DNA of 64,000 nt from an uncultured archaeon (GCA_938045545.1 CALIBN010000012.1:64001-128000); one strand, 5' to 3'. Positions 10,189 through 21,047 are shown, counted from the first letter of the stretch. The notes: generated from the letters alone by a model not told the origin. Made by a program: numbers and translations.

Positions 10189-11880
10189 GTGGAAAAAATA
10201 AATAAGCGTTTAAGCATATACTTAGCCAGCAGGGTCCGCCCAGGGTTGATTAATCCGAGGGAGATAGTGGAGTTCTACCGGCTGAGGCAGCGTGGCTTCA
10301 GCAAGCTATATATAATACTGCTTCTAGTCACGATAAACCTCTTCTCCATCTCAATCCTGCTGGATGTCGCCAAGTTCTTCCTAGCCGTCCCGATGCTTCA
10401 GGCTGGAACAGTTGCCCTAGTCGCGACCCTCGTAGTGGGCGGGGCGGATAAGTTTAGGCTTGAAAGGAGCAGGTCCAATCCTTTCCTAATACTTGTTGAA
10501 AGCCTCCGGGTTACATCCTACACTATTCTGCCTATTCTAATGATTTTCGTTGCAGTTCTGCTCTACCTCGGTAAGCCCAGCTTTCTATACTTTCAGAACC
10601 TTAGGGGTGTGATCTCGATGCTCACAGTCTTCCTAATCCTCTCAGTGCTTGCAAAAATATTCATATTCCAGATCCGGATACTTGTTTCGCCTTTTGAGGA
10701 GAGGAAGAACATAAGATACCTGCTCTACGCGGGAACGCTAGTAATAGGTTTTTCAAGCATAATTTCATTCGTCTTATCCGACGTCCTACTCCCGCGCTAC
10801 CTGACGCAATGGTTCATGTACGAGACCTTCATCTTCTTTCTCGAGCTGATCTTCCTCTACCTGTCCGCCGAGGTGGCTCTAAACTATAGGGCAAGCGTCT
10901 ACGTAATGATGTTTCTAACATATATTGCTGTAGTGTTCTTCTCACTGACCGGTGGTGCTGAAATAATCAGGCTGAGTTACACGGAGTATGACACTGTTTT
11001 CCCTAAGATAGTCACCGGGGTTTTCCTGCTCAGCATAAACACTCAGCTAATGGACTCTAGGGTGAAACAGTTCTCCCTAGGCCAGTTTGAAACCAGAAGC
11101 AGTGAGGAGGCGACGATGGACGATCTACTGAGCATTCTGGAGGGGATTAGGAGGGATGTTGACATAAGCAAGAAGACTATTGAGAAACAGGATAATGCGA
11201 TAAAAGTCTTGACGAGAATAATCGAAAGGATGACTGTTTCAAGCAGCGGGGCGATCGAAGAACTGAGGAAGGAGCTTAAAAGCATCAGGCCATCTCAGAC
11301 AATCAGCAGCCTAAACACTTCCTTCTCGAAAAAGCTCGCTGAAGAAATCCTTAGACTATGGGAGAACCATAAGGAGTTTCCTCTAAGCGACTTAGCAGGG
11401 TTCATCCTCGGCCCCAGGCCGATGCCGGCTGGCAGCAGGAAGGCAGCCGACTTGGAAAACGTCTCGCCCATCCCACTGTTCATAATGGTGTGCATGGCGT
11501 TCCTGGAGCTGCAGAACCCTGGTTCAGCAAGCGGGAAAACCGTTCAACAGAAGAACCTAGCCGAGTTCCTCGTCTCAAACCATCCGCATTTCCGAATGAA
11601 ATGGAGCAGGCGCACAGCGCAGAACTTCGTCAACTCTTTCATACTCAGATACCTCAAGTCCTGCAGGGAGGCGGGACTGTTTTTCTCAATCGGAAACCGT
11701 GGCTCAGTCTCTTTCTCAGCCGACAGCAGTGTGCAGGCACTCTATGAGTCCGTTAGAGAATACGTTTTAGACATTGGCCCGGAAAATATCCCAATAATAC
11801 TTCTCTACATGCCGAAAATAAGAGATTTAACGATAAAAGAGTTGAATATTTCTGAAAATGATTTGAAAAAGATTTTTTAA
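10189..11880 (+). CDS. Hypothetical polytopic membrane protein with coiled coil and C-terminal soluble domain
   Basis: About 8-9 TM segments, a heptad region and a basic C-terminal domain; 563 aa. Confidence 0.75.
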   Translation: MEKINKRLSIYLASRVRPGLINPREIVEFYRLRQRGFSKLYIILLLVTINLFSISILLDVAKFFLAVPMLQAGTVALVATLVVGGADKFRLERSRSNPFLILVESLRVTSYTILPILMIFVAVLLYLGKPSFLYFQNLRGVISMLTVFLILSVLAKIFIFQIRILVSPFEERKNIRYLLYAGTLVIGFSSIISFVLSDVLLPRYLTQWFMYETFIFFLELIFLYLSAEVALNYRASVYVMMFLTYIAVVFFSLTGGAEIIRLSYTEYDTVFPKIVTGVFLLSINTQLMDSRVKQFSLGQFETRSSEEATMDDLLSILEGIRRDVDISKKTIEKQDNAIKVLTRIIERMTVSSSGAIEELRKELKSIRPSQTISSLNTSFSKKLAEEILRLWENHKEFPLSDLAGFILGPRPMPAGSRKAADLENVSPIPLFIMVCMAFLELQNPGSASGKTVQQKNLAEFLVSNHPHFRMKWSRRTAQNFVNSFILRYLKSCREAGLFFSIGNRGSVSFSADSSVQALYESVREYVLDIGPENIPIILLYMPKIRDLTIKELNISENDLKKIF

Positions 11881-12012
11881 AGAAATTTTCGTGAAAATGA
11901 ATTGAAAAAAGGGGGGAAAAGATTTTACAATGGTTTTTAAGGAGATTTATAGGCTGGATTTCATCCATGTGGCAAACACATTTCACCCTGTGAAACATAA
12001 AAACATCCTGCG

Positions 12013-12693
12013 GTGCAGGACCATAGCGACGTCTCCATCATCATTCCAACCCTGAACGAGGAGAAATCGATAGGGCTAGTTATAGAGCGCGTTAGGAGAA
12101 GCCTTCCCGGGGCGGAAATCATAATCGTGGATTCAAGCGACGATAAAACTGCCGAGATAGCCTCATCCCTCGGGGTAATCGTAGTTAAGCAGGAGAGAAA
12201 AGGATACGGGGCGGCGATAAGAAAAGGGCTGGAGAAAGCCAAGGGAAGGGTTCTCGCCTTTATGGATGGGGATGGAACCTATGACCCGGCTGACTTAAAG
12301 AGGCTCGTCGACATTGTTAGGAAGGGGGAGACGGATGTGGCCACAGGCTTAAGGTTCAGCAGCAAGCCGGCAGGCATGAGCACCGCAAGATACGTTGGAA
12401 ACTTCATGATGAACACTCTTTTCTCAATACTTTTCATGAAAAGAATTATGGATACTCAGACGGGAATGAAGGTTTTCTCGAGGGAAGCCTACATGAAGAT
12501 GAGGCTTAGGGAGAACGGGATGCCCTTCTCGACAGAAGTTTTAACCGAAGCGTGCAGGAAGGGTCTTAAAATAGTCGAAGTCAGAATAGGATATTACAAC
12601 AGGATAGGCGTTTCAAAACTAAACCCGCTTAAAGACGGTTTGAAAATCCTCCTGTTCATGATTAGGGGGAGAATAGGTTTCTCAAGAGATTAG
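12013..12693 (+). CDS. GT2 glycosyltransferase (Dol-P-Man synthase-like)
   Basis: IIIPTLNEE, VDSSDDKT, GYGAA, MDGDGTY, DTQTGMK. Confidence 0.93.
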   Translation: MQDHSDVSIIIPTLNEEKSIGLVIERVRRSLPGAEIIIVDSSDDKTAEIASSLGVIVVKQERKGYGAAIRKGLEKAKGRVLAFMDGDGTYDPADLKRLVDIVRKGETDVATGLRFSSKPAGMSTARYVGNFMMNTLFSILFMKRIMDTQTGMKVFSREAYMKMRLRENGMPFSTEVLTEACRKGLKIVEVRIGYYNRIGVSKLNPLKDGLKILLFMIRGRIGFSRD

Positions 12694-12993
12694 GTCGAGA
12701 GTTATTATGACGTTCTGCGGTATCCGTATCGTCGTTAGTGCTCTAAGAGCCTTATCGTTAAGCCCAAGGTAGATCAGCCTCCTGTAGAAACGCATTTCAA
12801 ACTTGTCCCAAGTTATCGTGCCCTGTCCACTAGGGTTCTTTTGAGTGGTAACCTTCAAAACTTTTCTCGGAAGCGGAATAGGGCCTGAAACCTTAACATT
12901 GTTCTCCTTGGCTATCTTAAGTATTTGGTCAACTACTGTTTGAAGATCGTTCAGCTCGTTACTCACTATTTTTATCCTCGCCCTGTCCACCAA
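12682..12993 (-). CDS. rps10: 30S ribosomal protein S10 (uS10)
   Basis: RARIKI, SGPIPLP, KNPSGQGTITWDKFEMR. Confidence 0.95.
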   Translation of the reverse strand: MVDRARIKIVSNELNDLQTVVDQILKIAKENNVKVSGPIPLPRKVLKVTTQKNPSGQGTITWDKFEMRFYRRLIYLGLNDKALRALTTIRIPQNVIITLDLIS

Positions 12994-13467
12994 CTACGGG
13001 TTAAAAGCTTCAAAAGGGTTTTTATGGGTTTTCCTTCTTTGGAAAGCTTAGCAACAACCCATTAAAGATGAGTTTACAGGCCATCTATACAGGGTTAAAG
13101 CAAGGTTAGACACGGCGTCTAGCATGAAATAATTACTGGGTTTCGACCCAATTATTCAATGCTGGTTTGCTCTTTTCATCAGTCGCACGGCTCACGCTGC
13201 TGAACAGTTCGAAAACATTTTGATCATATAAAAGCCCTATAAAAAACAAATCCAGTATACGCATACTTAAATAGGCATCGGATCATCACTTGTTTGAAAC
13301 TTATTTTCATTAAACAGTCGCCTCGTCAACAGATAGAAATTTTTTATCGGTATCTACACTGGCCTTACAGCCAGTCAGGAAAATATGGTTTTCCACATCG
13401 TAGCCTATTCGGATCCATTAAGATTATAGGGAAAGCTTAAATATCATTAGGAAAAAGGTTAACGCTG

Positions 13468-13558
13468 GGGCCGGTAGTTCAGTGGTAGAATACCCGCTTG
13501 GCGACCAGGAAAAAGGCCAGAATGCGGGGGGTCGTGGGTTCGAGTCCCACCCGGTCCA
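13468..13558 (+). tRNA. tRNA-Ala(GGC) with a 19-nt intron at 37/38 (13504-13522)
   Basis: Acceptor GGGCCGG/CCGGTCC with G3:U70; anticodon stem CCCGC/GCGGG; T-loop TTCGAGT; BHB with central helix UUGG/CCAG and bulges CGA and AAU; TATA-like CTTAAATA at 13436. Confidence 0.96.
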
Positions 13559-13564
13559 TTTCTC

Positions 13565-14162
13565 TCAGTGTTTAACCGCCGGAGGACCCAGCCATAAGTA
13601 GACCTTGTCGTTTTCAACGTACACGTCGTCGATTTCTAAATCATCCACATTACCCCATGGGTCGTATCCAAGTATACGTGTAGCAATACCCTGTTCAATT
13701 GCTTTGTTCGCAAGAACATATGGTGAGTTGAGAATGTTTTGAAACTCATAATTGCCAGCATTTATGTTATTTTATTAGCACGTTTAGTCTCGAGTTCACA
13801 GATTATGGTTTTGGAAAAGACAACACGAGCATCCTATTCTCGTTCAGAAGATCCTTGACATTCGGGTGATTACTAAATTTTTGTAAAAAGTACTGCTCAC
13901 GTTTTTTATAAGACTCGCGTAAGGTAGATAAGTCGTTTCTGTATACCCTATTTTCTGAAGCAGTATTATCTTGCAAATCAACAGTAAGAAAGTACAGTTT
14001 GCCTTTCCCCGCTAAGCCCACATCCATTATATCATCAACTATGCCCTCTACTTCTTTAGGCTCACTTAAATACACGGTAATTCCGAAGAACATGTCCTCT
14101 CTATCTTTGCCACTAATTCCAACAGAACATTCTTTCGTCGTAGCACTCCATCGCTTACTCAC
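13565..14162 (-). pseudogene. Frameshifted hypothetical gene in the tRNA-adjacent insert
   Basis: ORF 13803-14162 appears to continue through two frameshifts (TIICELETKRANK / NAGNYEFQNILNSPY..WLGPPAVKH). Confidence 0.5.
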
Positions 14163-14227
14163 ATACTTCTGAACATTTTTTCCAGCCAGCTCTAAGTCCT
14201 CACCTCACCCCCAAACTCTAGCGCCCG

Positions 14228-14560
14228 TCACTTCTTTTCCTCCTCCCGTTTCCTCTTAACACGCACGCTATCCAGGACATTTAGCCAGTAATATCGATCC
14301 CAGGCATAAACCTGGGAAACTTTACCTTCGTCATCTATTTTCCTCCTAAAGATGGTGCCTGCACAGGAGGAGCTGGCCCCCGCCTCCAATCGGGCAATAT
14401 GGCCTAAGTTTGCAGAAACTCCTGGATGCGTTATCCCGGTGTAAGAAGTGGCTTCAATACACCTATCAACTGAGAACGTTTTAATCATGCATCCAATGCA
14501 GGGTTTTCTGAAATAAGGACATTTTTCGCAGTTAGCACTGCATTTCCCCCTCTTCAACAC
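14228..14560 (-). CDS. Small Cys-rich hypothetical protein, possibly degenerate
   Basis: CSANCEKC..CIGC cluster. Confidence 0.45.
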   Translation of the reverse strand: MLKRGKCSANCEKCPYFRKPCIGCMIKTFSVDRCIEATSYTGITHPGVSANLGHIARLEAGASSSCAGTIFRRKIDDEGKVSQVYAWDRYYWLNVLDSVRVKRKREEEKK

Positions 14561-14648
14561 TATTTTATCCTATTATTTCTAGGATTTAAGTAGACATTTC
14601 CAGCGAGCCTTAACCGGGCGAGTTAGATTTTACGTCTTGAATTAAGCG

Positions 14649-14660
14649 CCGGTCCATTTC
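14649..14660 (+). repeat. Direct repeat of the tRNA-Ala 3' end (att-like)
   Basis: CCGGTCCATTTC is identical to 13551-13562; both copies are followed by CTCAG. Confidence 0.65.
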
Positions 14661-14701
14661 CTCAGGTTTTAAAGCTTTATAATTTTCGCTACTAATTCAG
14701 G

Positions 14702-15442
14702 TTGAGAAGTGTAGATATGAGTAGCCTCATCTACTATGTTGACAATAGCGATATTGATCCTGATAGCGGGGAGGCGGAGAAACGCTACGAGAACATGCGT
14801 AGAGAGATTTACCGTGTCTACGCGGGTCCGTGTGTTGTGAGGCACTACAGCAGGTGTTCACTGGAGGAGGTCCAAGAGCTGGAGCCGTTGGCAGTCATCC
14901 TGAGCGGCAGCGGCACTCCATGGGAGCGGTTTGTGAATAACGACTGGGCAAGGGAGTTTAAAATAATTAGAGAGGCTCGGGTCCCTGTTCTAGGGATATG
15001 CGGCGGGCACCAGGTGATCGGTATGGCCTACTGGCATCCGCGCCGCGAGCTTGGTTGTTCGCCCATTCGCCGTATAAAACCTGGGGAGGAGGATAGAAAC
15101 GTGGGTACGCATCTTGAAGGATACTTTGTAGAGAAAGGCTTCCTGCCGGTTAGGATTGTTAAGAGAGATCCCCTTTTCAATGGCCTTGGGGACGTTATCT
15201 GCGTTGACGAGCACCATTACTGCGAGGTCAAGGAGCTTCCCTCGGGCTTCGACCTCTTAGCATCTACGGAGGAATGCCGTATTCAGGCGATGAAGCATAG
15301 GATGCGCCCACTATACGGGGTTCAGTTTCACCCGCAAATCTTTGACGAGGAGCATCCTGATGGAAAAAGGATTCTAGAAAACTTCTTTGAAATAGCTCAG
15401 CAGTACTGGAAAAACCGGCAGCATCATTATGCAAACTTTTGA
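14702..15442 (+). CDS. Class I glutamine amidotransferase (GuaA-A-like)
   Basis: ILSGS, PVLGICGGHQ, GVQFHPQ. Confidence 0.9.
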   Translation: MRSVDMSSLIYYVDNSDIDPDSGEAEKRYENMRREIYRVYAGPCVVRHYSRCSLEEVQELEPLAVILSGSGTPWERFVNNDWAREFKIIREARVPVLGICGGHQVIGMAYWHPRRELGCSPIRRIKPGEEDRNVGTHLEGYFVEKGFLPVRIVKRDPLFNGLGDVICVDEHHYCEVKELPSGFDLLASTEECRIQAMKHRMRPLYGVQFHPQIFDEEHPDGKRILENFFEIAQQYWKNRQHHYANF

Positions 15443-15583
15443 GCCACTGTTCACGATCGTGAATTAAAACAGCCGAGACATAGAAGGGCGTTCTAGATTC
15501 TTACGGGCACTAAGGGTTCAATGCAGTTGCAAGCATGACATTCTGCAAAGGTTAATCCGTTAAGACAACGCGTATCCCATTCT

Positions 15584-16489
15584 TTATTTCCTGTATCCTA
15601 TTTGCTCTAAAACTGTTATGATGCTTTCAGCAGCCTTCTTTAACATGTTTACTTCGTTCTCACTCAGCTTTTCCTGAACTACTTTGAAGCCTTCTCTCCC
15701 TGCTTTAACAGGCACCCCTAGGCAAACATCCTTTATCCCGTATTCACCGTCTAAGACGGCTGACGCCGGCAGGACTTCTCCCTTATCTGACAGCACTGCT
15801 TTAACCATTCTGGCTATCGACGCGCCCGGTCCGTGGACCGTGGCTCCCTTCATGCTTATTATCTCGGCTGCTGCCTTAACAGTCTCGCTTAAAACCATAT
15901 CTAGGTCTGTGTCGCTCAACCCGTATTCTTCACGCATCCTATCTCTAAGAATCACCATGTTCTCACCGTGCTCCCCCAGGACGAACGAGCATAGGCCGCT
16001 TATCCTGATTCCCCTGCTCACCCACATTATCGTTTTTAAACGGCTCGAATCCAGGATGCCGCTTAAGCCCGCCACCTTATGTCTCTCAACACCGCTTCTC
16101 CTCCAGAAAACGTAGGTTAAAACGTCAACAGGGTTCGTCACGATTATGAATACCGTTTCACGGTCTCTCCCACCACCGTATTCTTTAGCTATCCCCTCGA
16201 TTATTGGAAGATTCCTGTTTAAAAGGTCCATCCTGCTCATCCCCGGGGTTCTTCCAAATCCCGCTGTTACGACAACAATATCTAGGCCGTGGAGAAGGGA
16301 AATATCGTTAGTCCCCTTAACCTCAACGTTTAAACCAAGAGCCTCAGCCGCGTTCTGCAAGTCCAGGGCTTCTCCAAATGACAGCTTGGGGACAATGTCG
16401 TAAAGCACTATTTCGTCAGCCTCAGTTAATAGGAAAGTTGCTGCAGAGCACCCTACTTTTCCAGAGCCTATTATCCCGATTCTCCTCAA
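15584..16489 (-). CDS. mdh: Malate dehydrogenase (LDH-like)
   Basis: GSGKVG, AGFGRTPGMSRMDL, VTNPVD, LDSSR, LGEHG. Confidence 0.9.
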   Translation of the reverse strand: MRRIGIIGSGKVGCSAATFLLTEADEIVLYDIVPKLSFGEALDLQNAAEALGLNVEVKGTNDISLLHGLDIVVVTAGFGRTPGMSRMDLLNRNLPIIEGIAKEYGGGRDRETVFIIVTNPVDVLTYVFWRRSGVERHKVAGLSGILDSSRLKTIMWVSRGIRISGLCSFVLGEHGENMVILRDRMREEYGLSDTDLDMVLSETVKAAAEIISMKGATVHGPGASIARMVKAVLSDKGEVLPASAVLDGEYGIKDVCLGVPVKAGREGFKVVQEKLSENEVNMLKKAAESIITVLEQIGYRK

Positions 16490-16559
16490 GTCTGAGTAGC
16501 ATTATCTAAACGGTAAACTTAAAAGTATCAGTTGGGAGGGTTGGGGAAAGGAAGCAGTA

Positions 16560-17942
16560 TTGCATGACGTGATAATAGTGGGAGGGGGCCCGGCTGGAAT
16601 ATTCTGTGCTCTAAGCGTCCTTGAAAAGCATTCGGACGCGTCGATCCTGATTCTTGAAAAGGGGCGTGACATTAGGGATAGAACATGTCCCGCGAGGAGG
16701 CTTAACAAGCTGTGCGTCAGGTGTGGCGTCTGCAACGTTTACAGCGGCTGGGGTGGTGCAGGAGCTTTCTCAGACGGGAAGATTACTCTTGACCCGGACA
16801 TCGGAGGCTGGCTTCCAGAGATCTTGTCGTCTGAGAAGACCCGTCAATACATAAAGAGGGTTGACGATATTTTCCTTAGCTACGGGGCGCCGGAGAAGGT
16901 TTACGGTGAAGACGAGGATTCCTTCGAAGAGTGGAGAAGGAGGGCTAGCCTAGCGGGCTTGAAGCTTCAGAGGAATCCTGTTAGACACATGGGGTCAGAC
17001 CTCTCGTTTAAAATACTGAGCCGGATGAAGGATGATCTTGAAAAGAGCATCGAAGTAAGAGTTATGACTGAAGTTGAAAGCTTCATCGTTGAAAACGGTG
17101 TTGCCAAGGGTGTTAAGACAAAGAATGGTGAAAACATGTTTGGAAGGTTCATCGTAGTCGCCCCAGGTAGGTCTGGAGCAGGATGGCTGAGGAAGGAGTT
17201 TACGAGGCTCAACATTCCTATGAAACGTAACCCTGTGGACCTCGGTGTCAGAGTCGAGGTTCCGGCGGAAATAATGGATGACATTACTCGCGACCTGTAT
17301 GAGCCGAAGCTTAAGTACGTTTCGAAAAGGTTTGACGACAACGTGAGGACTTTCTGCGTCAACCCGCATGGGGAGGTTTTAACTGAGTTCTACGAAGATA
17401 TTGTCACTGTGAATGGCCACAGCTATAACAGTTACAGGACTGACAACACTAATTTTGCGGTGCTTGTTTCAACGGATTTCACAGAGCCTTTTAAAGAGCC
17501 CATTGAATACGGAATGTCGATAGCTAAGCTTGCAAACCTTATTTCAAACGGCGTGGTGGTTCAAAGACTAGGCGATCTCCTGCAGGGGAGAAGGTCTACT
17601 CACGAGCGTCTCAGCAGGAGCCTTATAACCCCGACGCTGCCCGATGCAACGCCCGGAGACCTCAGTTTCATCCTGCCCTACAGGATTCTTTCAAACATTG
17701 TTGAAATGCTCAGGGCCTTGGACACCTTTATCCCGGGGGTTTTCTCGAAGCACGACACGCTTCTCTACGGTGTTGAAGCCAAGTTCTACTCATCTAGGGT
17801 TGAGGTCGACGAGCATGGCGAGACACCTGTCAAAAACCTTTTCGCAGTTGGAGACGGCGCCGGCATCACTAGGGGGTTGTCTCAAGCAGCCGCCTCAGGC
17901 CTCTACGTGGGTCACGTGGTCTCCGAGAGGCTTAAAGCCTGA
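16560..17942 (+). CDS. FAD-dependent oxidoreductase (COG2509-like)
   Basis: VGGGPAG, GWGGAGAFSDGK, RTFCVNP, GVEAKFYS, GDGAGITRG. Confidence 0.9.
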   Translation: MHDVIIVGGGPAGIFCALSVLEKHSDASILILEKGRDIRDRTCPARRLNKLCVRCGVCNVYSGWGGAGAFSDGKITLDPDIGGWLPEILSSEKTRQYIKRVDDIFLSYGAPEKVYGEDEDSFEEWRRRASLAGLKLQRNPVRHMGSDLSFKILSRMKDDLEKSIEVRVMTEVESFIVENGVAKGVKTKNGENMFGRFIVVAPGRSGAGWLRKEFTRLNIPMKRNPVDLGVRVEVPAEIMDDITRDLYEPKLKYVSKRFDDNVRTFCVNPHGEVLTEFYEDIVTVNGHSYNSYRTDNTNFAVLVSTDFTEPFKEPIEYGMSIAKLANLISNGVVVQRLGDLLQGRRSTHERLSRSLITPTLPDATPGDLSFILPYRILSNIVEMLRALDTFIPGVFSKHDTLLYGVEAKFYSSRVEVDEHGETPVKNLFAVGDGAGITRGLSQAAASGLYVGHVVSERLKA

Positions 17943-18005
17943 GCCTGCAGCAAGAGGCTTTCAAGCACCTGCCCTTCAACATTGATTGGGATCCCATCCA
18001 AGATT

Positions 18006-18860
18006 TTAATTGGGAGTGTATTCTCCAAATATGCTTTCTCCGGCTTCGCCTTCCTCCCGGATTTCCCCCTCGCCTTCCAGTCGCCCGGCCTTCTCTAAAG
18101 TTTTCTCCAGCCTCTCAATCCTTTCCTCCAGTTTTTCAAGCCTGCTCTCTATATCTGGCGGCGGCGGGGGGAGCTGCTCACCGCCGGACAGTGGTGTGCC
18201 ACACTGGCTGCAGAACTTGGATCCTCCAGTTGTCTGCCTCCCGCAGACAGGACAAACTACCGCCTCCACAGTCAAAGCCTCCTCAGTCTTCCTAGGCTTC
18301 ACGGGTTTCAGCCTGGCTCCGCATTTGAAGCAGAACTTGTAGCTCGCACTATTTACTGCTCCACACTCCGGGCAGATTATGGATTCCTCAGTTTCACTCA
18401 CCTGCACTTTAGACAAATAGGGTGACGAGGGTAAATGCTTCCTCCTTAATTCAAGCATGGCTCCGGCGACGCAGAGTATAACACCCACTATCCCTATGGT
18501 GGACGGTATAAAGCCTCCTAGAAAATCTATGAGGCCTGACGTGCCTAGGCTGCGGGGCATAAAAATATACGGTACGTATCTTCCAGCGTAAGGCAGGAAA
18601 ACGGGCAGCAGGGAGAAGCAGAAAACAATCGTCGATAGGCCTAGGACTATTGCCGAGCCGGCTACAATCTTCTTCTCGCCCTCTTGGGCGGTTAACAGTG
18701 CTCCCGCTAGAATGATTGCTGCGAGAATCAGAGTGGCTAGGTAAAGAACAGGCTGAAGAGACAAGTAGTGGCTGCTGAAGGCAAGAATAAAGACTCCTGT
18801 AAGAATCAGCACCGCCCCAGTTGTTGAAAGTACGAAAGGGCCGGAATTTTTTCCAGCCAT
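18006..18860 (-). CDS. Membrane protein with double zinc ribbon and coiled-coil tail
   Basis: Four TM segments; CPECG..FCFKCG and CPVCG..FCSQCG. Confidence 0.8.
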   Translation of the reverse strand: MAGKNSGPFVLSTTGAVLILTGVFILAFSSHYLSLQPVLYLATLILAAIILAGALLTAQEGEKKIVAGSAIVLGLSTIVFCFSLLPVFLPYAGRYVPYIFMPRSLGTSGLIDFLGGFIPSTIGIVGVILCVAGAMLELRRKHLPSSPYLSKVQVSETEESIICPECGAVNSASYKFCFKCGARLKPVKPRKTEEALTVEAVVCPVCGRQTTGGSKFCSQCGTPLSGGEQLPPPPPDIESRLEKLEERIERLEKTLEKAGRLEGEGEIREEGEAGESIFGEYTPN

Positions 18861-19696
18861 TTTTCAACTACGCTCCTCACAGGACTTTTATAAGTTTTGA
18901 TTCGCTGAGACACGCTTAGTTTTACACTGGCATAATGTATGGTAATATAATTTCTCCGTTTTTGCTGCTTCTTGAAACACCCATAGCCCATGATTATTGC
19001 AGCCAAGCATTATGCTTTACAGAAGTATCGCGAGCGTATTATTACGCCGGGTTAGCCTCGTCGAGTGTGCGGCGATGCTTTTCCCTGAGTGCTCATCCCA
19101 CTGTCGAGCGAGCGCTACCAGTCTGGATTTAATCGTCATACACATTTATCCTATTTTCGGAAAACTTTTTACAACATAGACGCCATCTCTGAGACCGCGA
19201 GACGACATAGCAGGGGATCATGGTTAATGAACTAGGCTCTATAAGTTTGACAGGTAAGTTGCAAATATTGCTGCTGAAGAAGTTTTCCGCCTAGACACCT
19301 TCGGCTTCTAGGCTCCTTTGGATCAACAATTTCTCGCCGTGTTAGCGAAACCCGAAAGCAAACGGGACAGAGTATGTCTCACCTTCTGGAGCACATACTT
19401 TTTCCTTGACCATGCTTGGAACACTGTCCAACTGTCATACCGTGAATTAACGAGAGGACGAGCATGGAAGCCGGTAAGAACATCATGGCTGTAGAATTCT
19501 CTTCGACAGTAGAGTTATAGAGAATTGATGAAGCATCAAGACGCGGGAGATTAAACCGGCCATGTTTACTGCTTAAATATGGCTTCCGGTTTTTCAGCAT
19601 TATTATATGGAAGGATTTAAGCTGGTTGCTATTTTAACCAGTTGTTTGAGGATGCGAGAAAGCTTAATATAACCATGTTATAAATCGCCCTTAGAA

Positions 19697-20608
19697 ATGA
19701 GGGTTGCAAACGACATCACCGGCCTAATAGGGGGAACTCCCATGGTTAGGATAAACAGGCTTACTCAGCCCGGAGACGCAACGGTTTACGCTAAGCTGGA
19801 ATGGTACAACATAGGGGGGTCGGTTAAAGACAGGATGGCGCTCTACCTCATGGAGTATGCAGAGGCTTCAGGAAGGCTCAGCAGGGACAGGACTATTCTT
19901 GAAGCAACATCCGGGAACACTGGGATAGCTCTGGCTATGCTGGCAGCAGCCAAGGGCTATAGGATCACGATAGTAATGCCTGAGTCAGTAAGCGTCGAGA
20001 GGAGGAAGATGATAAGGGCTTACGGCGCTGAGCTCATTCTTTCCCCTGGGGAGAGAGGGACCGGTGGAGCGATAGAGTTGAAACAGAAAATCCTGAAGGA
20101 GAATCCTGACAAGTATGTCGACCTAGACCAGTTTAAGGATCCCGCGAACATTCTGGCGCACTACCAGACGACTGGGAGGGAAATCTTGGAGCAGACTGGT
20201 GGGAAAGTGGACATGATCGTGGTGGGAATAGGGACAGCCGGAACCGGGGTGGGCGTATCGATGCGCGTTAAAAAGTTTAACCCCAGTATTAAGATGGTGG
20301 GCGTAACCCCGAGGCTCGGCGTTAGCATCCAGGGAATAAGGAACCCGGGTGAGCCCTATCCGACCCAGCTTTTCAAAAGAGAATGGTTCGACGAGATAGT
20401 TGAGATCGGCGAGGAGGAGAAGAAGGAGGCTTTCATGGTTGCCAGGGAAGCAGCTAGGAGAGAAGGGCTGCTCATCGGAATGAGCTCCGGCGCGATAATG
20501 CTTGTAACCCTCAGAAAGGCGAGGGAGCTGGGAAAGGATAAGACGATAGTTGCGGTTCTTCCAGATGGCGGTGAGAAGTATCTAAGCACAGATTTGTTCG
20601 AATCTTGA
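19697..20608 (+). CDS. cysK: Cysteine synthase (O-acetylserine sulfhydrylase family)
   Basis: GGSVKDR, EATSGNTG, GIGTAGT, GMSSGA, PDGGEKYLST. Confidence 0.93.
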   Translation: MRVANDITGLIGGTPMVRINRLTQPGDATVYAKLEWYNIGGSVKDRMALYLMEYAEASGRLSRDRTILEATSGNTGIALAMLAAAKGYRITIVMPESVSVERRKMIRAYGAELILSPGERGTGGAIELKQKILKENPDKYVDLDQFKDPANILAHYQTTGREILEQTGGKVDMIVVGIGTAGTGVGVSMRVKKFNPSIKMVGVTPRLGVSIQGIRNPGEPYPTQLFKREWFDEIVEIGEEEKKEAFMVAREAARREGLLIGMSSGAIMLVTLRKARELGKDKTIVAVLPDGGEKYLSTDLFES

Positions 20609-20683
20609 AGCCAACTCTGCGAAACAGTTTAACTTCGTTTACAGGCCTTGCACGAAAATGCTATTAGCTGCTTTTAAAATTAT

Positions 20684-20870
20684 TTTATGTCTTCACTGGG
20701 TCGATGTGAATCATGCAGTGTTAACAACACGTTTCACGGCTAACTCTTTCCCTAACTTCTTCCGCTATTCTGCCTGCTTCCACTATGGGCCGCTCTTCGC
20801 CACAACCATATGGAAGCCTGCGTGAACAACGTTTGGTTTAACAAACTCAGCCTTTAAACAATGTCGTGTT
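20684..20870 (-). pseudogene. Cation diffusion facilitator C-terminal domain remnant
   Basis: PNVVHAGFHMVV..EVRERV..HCMIHIDP with internal stops. Confidence 0.5.
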
Positions 20871-21047
20871 TAGAATGCCTTCTAAGGTTTCGCTATTAAT
20901 TGCTGTCACGAGTGATTCTAAACCTTCCCTGAGGGCCAACAGAAACTACGATCAACAAAAGGCCGTTGATTTTTCACCAATCCCGATTCTGCTGTTCTCA
21001 TAGACTGTGTTTTGCCTATGCACTTTCCCCATCCTGCTTCTTTACTT

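Noticed and set aside
18900-19620. Short ORFs between the zinc-ribbon gene and cysteine synthase
   Set aside because: No recognisable motifs; probably decayed DNA that I cannot assign.
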